Assembly: GCA_964594115.1 (NCBI GenBank)
Contig: CAZQLD010000002.1
Span: 10,450 to 74,449, forward strand
DNA length: 64,000 bases
Reading direction: 5' to 3'
Origin: Candidatus Woesearchaeota archaeon
GTDB lineage: Archaea > Nanobdellota > Nanobdellia > Pacearchaeales > GW2011-AR1
How positions within the stretch are numbered: the stretch's first letter is position 1; every line of letters begins with the position of its first letter. Below are positions 19,425 through 30,600 of this stretch, in pieces. Under the pieces are notes generated by a model. That model saw only the letters and a program-made list of their open reading frames with translations, was not told where the DNA came from and ran no database searches. Both the position numbers and the translations under genes were made by a program.

Positions 19425-19955
19425 ATGAAGATTAGGGAAAGGCAGTATCAAGATGCAGATTTGGCTAGTGAATTAGAGCATTATATGACAACTGAGTTGA
19501 ATTTTCCTAGTGGGTCTATTTCTCGAGGAACATCTAAGGGAGAGAGATCTACTCTATATTTGAAATATAATGGAAAAGAATATGTTATTGCATTTTCTTC
19601 AGAAAGAAATGCGAGATTTTTAGTTATTCATTTAGAAAAACCTACAACAGATCTTGTTGATAAATTAAAAAAAGATTTAATTGGTGATTCTATTTTTAAA
19701 AGACTCAAATACCTAAGAAAAGGAAATTTGGCTAGATGTAAACAATTTTTTAAAAGAGAGTTTGTTTCGACGAGTGAACTATCTTCTTTTGGTCGTGAAA
19801 AACCAGTTCCTACTGTTTTTTTATTGACAGAGATTAGAGAACTTCCATTAAGTAAAAAAGGACATTTATCAGGGAAATTCACTAAATATGTTTATGATTA
19901 CAATATTCGTCCATTTATTGCAGGAGTAGAGAATCCTAATCCAAACGATGACTAA
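19425..19955 (+). CDS. Hypothetical protein
   Basis: Open frame with TATA box. Confidence 0.5.
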   Translation: MKIRERQYQDADLASELEHYMTTELNFPSGSISRGTSKGERSTLYLKYNGKEYVIAFSSERNARFLVIHLEKPTTDLVDKLKKDLIGDSIFKRLKYLRKGNLARCKQFFKREFVSTSELSSFGREKPVPTVFLLTEIRELPLSKKGHLSGKFTKYVYDYNIRPFIAGVENPNPNDD

Positions 19956-19964
19956 AAAGGTAAA

Positions 19965-20255
19965 TCAAACAGTAAATAACTTATTGTCCTTAACATTAAA
20001 TATTTTTAATCTTGCTCCACAGTCAAGCCAGCCATGGGCATAATTTAATGCCCCATAAGCATTAATAAGATGGCCTTTTTTCTCAAAATGTTCTGAATCT
20101 GATAAGTAGCATTCAATCATTTCAATAATCTCTTCAGCTTCTTTTTCTCTTCCTTTAGCTACCGATGTTTTAGCTATATTGAGGGCTTTTTCTGTTATTT
20201 TTCTGTATTTCCCAATTCTTGTCTTACAGACAAGATTTATTTTTTTATTTTCCAT
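19965..20255 (-). CDS. DUF357 family protein
   Basis: Y.SDS.HF...G..INA..A.NYAHGWLD.GARL. Confidence 0.85.
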   Translation of the reverse strand: MENKKINLVCKTRIGKYRKITEKALNIAKTSVAKGREKEAEEIIEMIECYLSDSEHFEKKGHLINAYGALNYAHGWLDCGARLKIFNVKDNKLFTV

Positions 20256-20287
20256 AAATTTAAATATCTTTTTCCATTTAAAAGTTT

Positions 20288-20704
20288 ATGGAATTTACAA
20301 TTAAAAGCAGGAAAAGAGAAGAGATTATTGATATTACTAATGAGGTTAGTGAAGCTGTTTCTAAGTTATGTGACGAGAATAAGAAAAGAATATGCAATAA
20401 AGATATTGGGGCATGTTTAGTATATGTGCCGCATGCAACCTGCGCGATAATTGTGAATGAAAATTACGATTCAGCTGTTTGTAGAGACATTCTGCAATAT
20501 CTGAAAAAGCAAATTCCAGAAGGGATTTGGGAGCATGATAAAATAGATAGTAATGCAGATTCTCATATTAAATCCACTTTATTAGGGCCTGGGCAAATAG
20601 TTCCGATTGATGCAGGAAAACTGCAGTTAGGGAGATGGCAGGGAATTGCTCTAGCAGAGTTTGACGGCCCAAGAAAAAGAAGAATTATTGTTAAAATCCT
20701 CTAG
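20288..20704 (+). CDS. yjbQ: YjbQ/UPF0047 family protein
   Basis: DIT, PHATCAI..NE, NADSHIK, LGRWQGI.L.EFDGPR.R. Confidence 0.9.
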   Translation: MEFTIKSRKREEIIDITNEVSEAVSKLCDENKKRICNKDIGACLVYVPHATCAIIVNENYDSAVCRDILQYLKKQIPEGIWEHDKIDSNADSHIKSTLLGPGQIVPIDAGKLQLGRWQGIALAEFDGPRKRRIIVKIL

Positions 20705-20969
20705 TTATCTATTTTTTATTGCTTATTTTCTTAAATCTATATGCCAAAGGTGATTTAACAAAATAAGCTTAGTAAAATAGTCTTGCTAACATAAAACTTT
20801 TTGATATATAGTTTGCAGTACAGAAATGATTTAAAAATACAAAGTTTTTTAGTAATCATAAAAGAGGATAAAAGGGAAGGAAAAAACATGCATGACCTTC
20901 CTTTCTCTTTTTATGTTTTTAGTGAAAAAATTTATATATCCAGATTGTTCTCTTTATTAGGAATATAAA

Positions 20970-21578
20970 ATGGATAAAAGAGGCGCAAGCGAGATTGTAA
21001 CAATAGTTCTTCTAGTCTTTTTAGCATTGGTAGCGGTTCTTCTTATTTTGGATATTATTAATTCTGTAGTTGAGAAAGAAACTGAAAAAATTGAGCTGGA
21101 AGATTTTACAGAAAGTATGGATTCAGAAGCAGCTGGAGTATCTGCTGGAGATTTAGAAACTGCGCAAGCAGACTGTTTGTCTGATTGGGAGTGTGAAGAA
21201 TGGTCGAAATGTCAGGTTATTTATAATTTAGATGCAATTATTTCAGATGATATTTTTTTAGAAGGAGAGATGCAGAGAAAATGCAAGGACTTGAATAAAT
21301 GTAATTATAATAAAATTGAACAAAAAGAGTGTGAAACAAAAGCCAATGTTAGTGTTGAAAGAGTTAACAGATGTTCTAAAGAGTATATCGAGGTAAGGGA
21401 TAAAGATGAAGTTTTAATTTCAAGATTAGAGCTAACTAATGGAACTTCTCAGGAATTAAACATACAGTTATTTCTTGGAGATGTGAAGTATTGCTCTTAT
21501 TGTTATAATGATATAAAGGATTATGATGAAGATGAGGTTGATTGTGTTTATCAAGGAGATAGTTGTCCTATCTGTTAG
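20970..21578 (+). CDS. Pilin-like protein with class III signal peptide and Cys-rich modules
   Basis: MDKRG/ASEIVTIVLL class III signal; C..DWEC..WS.C...R.C.D.N.C and C.N...D.DE..VDC modules. Confidence 0.65.
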   Translation: MDKRGASEIVTIVLLVFLALVAVLLILDIINSVVEKETEKIELEDFTESMDSEAAGVSAGDLETAQADCLSDWECEEWSKCQVIYNLDAIISDDIFLEGEMQRKCKDLNKCNYNKIEQKECETKANVSVERVNRCSKEYIEVRDKDEVLISRLELTNGTSQELNIQLFLGDVKYCSYCYNDIKDYDEDEVDCVYQGDSCPIC

Positions 21579-21692
21579 AGGTCATTCTATATGAAAATAT
21601 TTAAATACTTACCCTACATGATTTTTCTATAAAAGAGTTGTTTTATATAGTTAAAAATGCATTACCTTACAAAATTTTAGTAAAAGGGGTAA

Positions 21693-24600
21693 ATGGTATA
21701 TAAAAAATACATAAAAAGAGGAAATAAGAGATTTGGGCCTTATTACTATGAAAGTTATAGGGATAAGGATGGAAAAGTTAGGACAAGATATATTGGAGAA
21801 ACAATATACTGTAAATCCTCTAAAAAGGGTTTAGATAAGGTAAAAACAAAGCATTTGATAGGCATTCTTTTATTATTGATTATCGGAATTCTTCTTGTTC
21901 GGGTTTTGCCTTTGTTGGAGGATAGTGAAAGGACTATTGGTATTAAAGGTGGTTTAAGAGATCTCGAAAAGACAGGTTTTTCAGAAGAAGCAAGGGCTCC
22001 TATTGTTGGCTTGGCAGTTTCTGGGGAAACTCCTGTAGAAATGTCTACAAAAAAGATTGAAGTTAAAACAAAAAGATATAGTGTAGTTATTAACAGGCCT
22101 GTTAAATGGGTTAAGACAGTTAAGGTTGATGATAAAACAGATATAGAAAATTTGACTCTGGAAATTCCTAAGGAAGCAGAGTTTATTAATATTAAAACAG
22201 CTGAAGAAGTTCAAGAGGTTTTAGAAAATATAACAGATTACAATAAAGAAATTAAGCAGCTTGATAAAAGGGATTTAAAACAGGGAGAGGTAAGTTTAGC
22301 TGCTTTGAAGACTAGGACATCATTAGTGCTTAAGATTGTGAATTGGGTGAAAGATTCTAGAGCTAAGATTGTAGGATATGTTTTAGAAGAATGGGAAATA
22401 GAGGAAGGAATCAAAAAAACAAAAGATGAAACTGTTATTGAATTAGGGAGGGTTGTTGAATTAGAAAAGCAGGTAGAGGATATTTTAGAAAAACAAGCAG
22501 AAGCAGAGATTGCTGTAGAGTACCTAACAGAAGGACCGCAGTCAGTTGAAGAAGAACTTCCTAATGGAAAGAGGATTAGGATAACAGCAGCAGATGAATT
22601 TGAGTATAAAGATATTTTAGCATATACTGAATTAGATAATTCTATTAGTATGCAAGATGTTGAAAAAGCTAAGTTATATTGGTATATAAGTGAAGAAGAT
22701 TTAAAATTGATTGAGGAGATACCAAAAACTCTAGAAGAAGTAAGTAATTTTGAGGAGACTGAAGAAATTGATGTTGAGTTTGTTAAAGAAAGAGAAGAAA
22801 TAATAGGAGAAACAAAAGAAATTGAAGAAGTTGTTACAATTTCTGAGGAAAACATAACAGAAGAAATTGTAGAACAACCAACTTCTTTAGAAAATACAAG
22901 TGAAGAAACCGAAATTCCAACTTTAGGTCCTTTAAATAAATTAGTTGAGTGGACTAAATGGATTTATGGTCCTGAGATAGTTGGTAGTGCAACTGCCCAA
23001 GAAACAGAATTAGAAAAGAAATTAATAAAAGTTCCTGTAGAATTTGAAGCTTATGATTTAGATGAAGATGGAAATGTGGATTATATAGAATGGATTGTTC
23101 CTTATTTGTCAGAGCAAGTTTATGAATTTGTTATTGAAATAGCAAAAGCAGAACATTTAGATGAAAATAAAAATTTTATAGCAGATATTTATTCTGTTGT
23201 TTCTGAAAAAGATAATGTCTGGGGAACTGTAGGTAATAATGAGTATTTGAGAATTATATTTGAGCAGCCACTAAAGAGTAAAGATGACATAACAGTTTAT
23301 ATGAAAGCTGGGCAACCTGCTGAAATAGAGGTTTATGAGGGAAATACTGAGGAATTGATAGCAGTTTTTGAGAGTATTCAAGAAGAAAATTTGTATAAGG
23401 TTTATTTGACAAATCTTAGAGAAGAAAGCTATTATATTTTTGATTTAAAAATTAAAGGAGAGGTTGAGTTTGATTCTGTTTATGGAACTGTATGGAAAGA
23501 GGTTTGTGATGAAAAAGAGATTTGTGTGTATGAAAGTGAGAAAGAAGGCATTAAAGCAGAAATTGGGAACAAAGACAGAGAAGATAAAGAATATGAGCCT
23601 CATCTTAAGCTGAGCAAATGGAATAATGAGGTTTTATTTAAAATAAAGCCTGATTCTGAGAACTCAATTTCAAAAATAACAGGTTCTGTCGTATCTGAGA
23701 AAATTAAAGAGATTAGATGGGACAAACCTAAGATAAAAGGAGAAGATAGTGTTGATATGAGTTCTGAGTTAAAAGAAGTTGAATGGCATTATGAAGAAAT
23801 AGGTGATTTTCCTGTTTTAAAAATGGATGAAATAATAAAACAAAAGCCAGATACAAATATATTCAGTTATAAAATTGAGTCAGAGAATCTTGATTATTAT
23901 TACCAGCTTCCTTTATATTTGGAATATGGATTAACTGAGCCAAATTCAACTTGCAATGCTACAAATTGCCAAGGTGCTTACCGCCCTGTTAATGTTGTTG
24001 GAAGTTATGCTGTTTATCATAAGACTAAGGCAAATAATGAGTATAAAACAGGAAAAGCGTTTCATATTTACAGGCCAAAGATTTATGAAAAAAATAATGA
24101 AAATAACTGGATTTGGGGAGATTTAAATATTGATGAGGAACAAGGAATTTTAACAATTACAATTGAGCAAAACTGGCTGGATAATGCTGATTATCCTATT
24201 GTGATTGACCCTGTTTTTGGTTATCAGACAGTTGGGGGAAGCATGGCAAAGCTTTCTACGTACCAAGGTGAAGAGTATGGTAATACACCTAGGGGTTCAC
24301 TATTTACTATGCCTGAGATTGGGTGGGTGGATTCAATCTCAGCTTATATCCACATGTATTCTAATGATTTGGGGCATGCAGGGGCAATATATAAACATTT
24401 TGACTCAAGTAAAGTTGGACAAACAGAAACGGTTTTGCTTCTGGGAGATAGTACTGTCTCTTGGAGAACTTTCAACTTTAATCCGCCAGCGTCTGTTTCT
24501 AATATTGATTATGTTCTTGTGGTTCATCAGTGGACTGGTGGCTATTATACTAATCTGTATTATGACTCTGGCACTACAAACCAAGGGCATTATCGTGACG

Positions 24601-27600
24601 CAGAACATGCGGAAAGTTTACCTAGTCCACTATCTTTTATTCATGACAATAAAAAATGCTCCATTTACGCTACTTATACTATCCCAGATATAATTCCTCC
24701 TATTATTAGTATAGTGTCTATTGGTGGTGATTCATCTTCTCCGTATTCTACTTCAGATAATACTCCTTTAGCAGTTATAACTACAAATGAAAATGCTGAT
24801 TGCAGGGCTTCTAGAGATGGTGATGAAAGTTATGATAGTATGAGTGATGATGTTGATTGTAGTGGAGATGGAGGGAAATCACACAATTGCCAGTTTGGGT
24901 TACTCAGTGATGGCTCCCCAACAGTGTATTTTGCTTGTAGGGACACTATCGGTAATAAAAATACAGCATCAAATAATAAGCAAACAGCAGTTCAAATAGA
25001 CACAAATCCACCAACCCAGTCAAATCATAATCCAGCAAAAGGTTCTACAATAAACACAAAATCTCCAACAATAACCTTTACTACAAATGAGCTTGGAGAT
25101 TGCAGAGCTTCACTATTAGATGAAAGTTATGATAGTATGTCAAATGATGTAGATTGCACATCAGGAACAAGCACATCACACTCTTGCTCTATGTCTGGGT
25201 TATCAGAGGGCTCTGAGGTTGTATATATAGCATGTAAAGATGATACATCTGTAAGTCCTAATAAAGATACTGTTGCAAGCAATGAACATGTTAATTATAT
25301 TGTTGATGCAGTTGCCCCTATTGTAACTATTAATTCAATAGGAGGAGATACTAGCCCTCCATTTAATATATCAGATATATCTCCAAGTGTATCTGCAACA
25401 ACTAATGAAAATGCTGATTGCAGGGCTTCAAATGATGGAGATGAAAGTTATGATAGTATGAGTGATGATGTTGATTGTAGTGGAGATGGAGGAACAAGCC
25501 ATACATGTAATTTTGGCATAATAGGAGCAGGAACCCATATAATTTCTGTGTCATGTAGGGATTCTGTTGGAAATAAAAATACTGCTGGAGATAATGATAA
25601 TGAACAAGTTGAAATTGATAATTCTGCACCAATTGTAACTATTAATTCAATAGGAGGAGATACTAGCCCTCCATTTAATATATCAGATATATCTCCAAGT
25701 GTATCTGCAACAACTAATGAAAATGCTGATTGCAGGGCTTCAAATGATGGAGATGAAAGTTATGATAGTATGAGTGATGATGTTGATTGTAGTGGAGATG
25801 GAGGAACAAGCCATACATGTAATTTTGGCATAATAGGAGCAGGAACCCATATAATTTCTGTGTCATGTAGGGATTCTGTTGGAAATAAAAATACTGCTGG
25901 AAATAATGATAATGAACAAGTTGAGATTGATAATTCTGTACCAACCCAGTTAAATCATAATCCAGCAAAAGGCTCTACAATAAGCACAAAATCTCCAACA
26001 ATAACCTTTAACACAAATGAAATTGGAGATTGCAGAGCTTCATTGTCAGATGAAAGTTATGACAACATGTCAAATGATGTGGATTGCACATCAGGAGCAA
26101 GCACATCACACTCCTGCTCTATGTCAGGATTATCAGAAGGTTCTGAGGTTGTGTATATCGCATGTGAAGATGATACTTCTGTAAGTCCTAATAAGGATAC
26201 TGCTGCAAGTAATGAACATGTTAATTATATTATTGATACATCTGCTCCTGCTGTGCAATTTGTTTTTCCAACTACACAATCTGGTAGTTATTCACAAAAT
26301 TATATAAAAGCAAATGTTACAGCAAATGATCCAAGTCTTGCTGATATTACAGTCTATCTTTACTTTCAATTTGGTCTTCTTCAATCAAGTTCAATAAATT
26401 CTCCATTGTTTGTTGAGTTTACTCCTTTAAGTGAAGGAACTTATTATTTAAATGCCACAGCAATTGATACACTAGGAAACAGGGGGTCTTCAGAAACAAG
26501 AACAATAATTCTTGATAGGTCTGACCCAACAATAACGCTTATTTCTCCTGTTAATGGGGATGTAAGAACAACCCCTTTATTTAATTTCGCGGCTGATTTT
26601 AATGATAGAGCTTTAAAAAATGCAACTCTTTATGTTTGGGATTCCTCTAGAAATATAGTAAATATTACAACAACAGCTCTTTCAGGAACTTCTGATTCTG
26701 CAAGCATTCCAGTGACTTTGCCTTATGAAGATACTTTTTACTGGAATTATTATGCTTGTGATGACTTAGGGAACTGCAGGTTTAGTAATGTTAACTGGAG
26801 TGTTACTTATGTAACTATTAAAATTGGTTTAGATGTTATTTGGCCTCCTGGAAATGTAGATGTAAGCCAGAACCAATTGTTTAATGTAACATTAAAAGTT
26901 TCTTGTAGTGGTGCTGATTGTGGTGATGTTGATGTTAGTTTAGACCCAGATGTTAAACTGCAAATTGAAAACTTAGAAGATGTGTTTTTTGGTTCATCAT
27001 TAGGGGACCAATATTCTGCAGTTAAATTTGATATAGGTTCTGTTCCGCAGAACATGGTTATTGAAAATGCTTTTTTAGCTCTTTATGTTTCTGAAACTGG
27101 TTCAGGTCTTGATTCAGATGTTAAATATTACAGGATAAACAATCAGGGCTGGACTGAAGGTAATACAGCAGGGGCTATGTGGAATTTAAGAAATTCAAGA
27201 GATACTGGAAAAACTGATAATTCTGCTTTTTCTTCAACTGGATGGACCTATTTAGATGTTACAGAAGCTGTAAGAAAAGAATATGAGTCTGGAAATAAAA
27301 ATGTTTCTTTTTGGTTAGAAGATCCAGATAATGCAGCAGATGTTCCAACTAATAGTTATGGTGGTGAAGATTATCTCCGGATTGGAAAAGGGGTTAGTAA
27401 TTTTTTTCATAGATTTTATTCAAAAGAGCATACTGGAGTATCAAATAGGCCATATCTTAATATAATTTATAGAAAAGGATTAATTCCGACAACCCCTTCT
27501 GTTCCTTTTTATACAATTTATAATAATCCAATAAGAATAAGTTTATTTGCTGGGGATACTAAGCTTGTTATATTTTGGGTAAATGCAACTGGTTCTGGAA

Positions 27601-30600
27601 CTTGGAATTTTTTTGCTTATGTAAATAAGACAAATGCTATGTCTATAAGCAATATAACTTCTTTTTGGAATGTTACAATTATAGATGTAACTAATCCAAC
27701 AATAAAACTTACTTCTCCTATAAATGGGGAGCAAATTCAAAGTTCTCCGGTAAATTTTAAAGCTAATTTTTATGATGCTGGTTTAAAAAATGCAACACTA
27801 TATATTTGGGATTCAAATGGGATTAATTATACTCAAACAATAGCCCTTTCAGGAACTTCTGATTCTGCAAGCATTCCGGTAATTTTAGGAGATGGAAATT
27901 ATAAATGGAATTATCAGGCTTGTGATGTAGGAGATAATTGCATTTCTAATAATATAAACTGGACATTTAGTTTAGATGCCACTCCTCCTGAGGTTAATTT
28001 ATTAAGCCCTCCAGACAATTTGACTATTACTTCCCAACAAACATTTAGTTTTGAAGCTAATTTTACTGATATTAATTTGAAAAATGCCACTCTTTTTATT
28101 TGGGATTCAACTAATAGCATTGTTCACAAACAAACAGATACTTTTTTGGGAAATTATGGCTATTCAAATATTTCAGTGACCTTACCTGATTCAGGCACTT
28201 TTTATTGGAATTATTATGCTTGTGATGGCTTAGGGAATTGCAGGTTTAGTAATGTTAACTGGAGTTTAATATTAGGAAGCGTTCCAATTACAAATACTCC
28301 TGTTTTAACAAATGTTAATCCCCAACTTGGACCTTCATCTGACTTAAATTGTTCATTTGTTATTACAGATTCTAATCCTTCTGACCCTCTTGCAGCTAAT
28401 GTAAGATGGTATAGAAATGGTGTTGAAGAGTCTGCTGTTAATGTTAATGTTCAGAATGGTGTTATGCACTCAGTTATTCTTGATTCAAACTATATTAATG
28501 CTTGGGAAAACTGGACGTGTAGTGTTATACCTTATGATGGCAGTGCATTTGGCATACTAAAAAATTCAAACCATGTGTTTATTAAAGCTCTTTTAGATAT
28601 TCAGTACTCTTCTAGCAAGCAGGATTTAGGAACAATAATAAATTATTCTATTTCTGCTAATCTAATTAATAAGCATACAGCACAACTTGAGACAGGGGAT
28701 ATATTAATTGAAGTTTCAAATTCTTCTGGAGTCCAGGCTGCTGGAATTTGTGTTAGCTCAAGTTCTTGTTTTAGGTCATGGTTTGTTCCAATTAGTTTAG
28801 GCTATGGTATTTATTTAGTGAATATTACTGGAAGCAATAAAACCCATTATTTAAGCAAGTCAGTTAGCTTTTCTGATAGTATTAGCTTATGGTCATGGAA
28901 TGTAAATCCTTCATCGCTTGATAAAATAAAAGCTATAGGTTCGCAAGGAATTTTAGAGATAATAGATGTAAATAATATGGGCAGTGAGATTATGGACTTT
29001 AATATATTAAGCAATAATCCTTCTATAATCTGGCCAGATGTTAGTTTTTTACAAGTTCCTCCTGATCAAAAAAACAGCTTTACGCTTAATTATAGTGCTC
29101 CTGCTAAAGGCACATATAGTATCAATGTAAGTGTTAGAAATCAAGAGGTTACTGCAGTTCCAAGGGAATTAAATGTTATTATAAATTTTACATCTGCTGA
29201 CTTAAAAGTCAATTTAATTTCCCCAACAAATCAAATACCTTTGACAAATGTTTCTATAGCACAAAAAGTAGAAATAATAACAAATGCAAGCTATGAAGGG
29301 GCGCCTATAATTAATGATTCTACTTGGATTATCAAAATTGGAGGGCGTGATTGTGGAGACATCACTTATTTTTATGATTTTATTAATGCTTACTGGAATA
29401 TTAGTTGTTCTGCTCCAGATGTGCCTGATGATAGGCCGCACCCTCTTGAAGCTGTGATGCTTAGTAATGAATATGGAGAAGTATCTTATAGTGAGGATGA
29501 TGTTGTGTATTATAGAGATACAAGCCCTCCTGTATTTGAAAATATATTCAGAAATAATATTAATATAAATGGACTGATAAATCTTATTGCAAATGTTTCT
29601 GATAATCTAGGAGTTAAATATGTTGTTGCTAATATAACTGATCCTAATTCAAGCAGTTTCGAATGCAATATGACTAATATTGGAGGATTATGGTTTTGTA
29701 ATTCTATAATCTTAAATCTAGCGGGAGAGTATATTGTTGATTATATCGCAAGCGATGTTTCTGGGAATACTGGTTATGCACAAGACTGGTTTGAGGTTTA
29801 TGACAGGTATTTTTGGGCTGTTAGTTTAGTTGATTATAATTCAACCCCTGTTAGTAATGTCAGTATAAGTTTATCCAGACCTTATACAGGGCCTGTTTTA
29901 GTGAGCAATATAACAAATGCTTTTGGAAAAGCAAATTTTTATGTCAATAAAAGAAAGTATGACATTCGTGGAGGAATTTCAGGCGACGAATTTATTGTAA
30001 GAGAGATTGACTTTGTAAACTCTTCTAACCCAATTTATTTGAATTTTTACAGATACAAAGGAGAGTTAGGGGAAGTTATACCATTACATAGGTTTGATGA
30101 AATTTCTTCTTTTGGAATAGTATCTAATTCAACTAATATGGATAGTAATTTGGTGACTTTGATATTTAATTATAGCTCACTTATTAATAATGTTAATTCA
30201 CTTACAAATCTAGAGATTATGCAGTGTTCAGTCTGGGATTACGCAGCTAGAAGTTGTTTGGGTGTTTGGCAAGCCTTAAGTTCTTCAAGGGATATTGATG
30301 TAAAGACAATTACTGGAAATTCAACTGGGTTTAGTGCATATTTTCTTACTGAAAATACCTGTGGAACTGGTGGCTGTGAGCCAGCTTTTGGAGAAGCAGT
30401 TGGCAATTGCGGTGACTGTATAGCTGGCGGAGGAGGTCCAAGCGGAGGCGGCGGTGGAGGCGGAGGCGGAGGTAGTATCAGCCGCTCTCAAGTAACTCAG
30501 ATTACAGAAAGTTTAATAAAAGTTGGAGGAGTCAGGATTGACACTTCTTCAATTTATGAAGAACTATTTCCAGGAGAAACAACAACAATTAATATAAAGC

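Noticed and set aside
25402..25968. Two near-identical His-rich minus-strand ORFs
   Set aside because: Antisense shadows of the 312-bp duplication in the giant gene.
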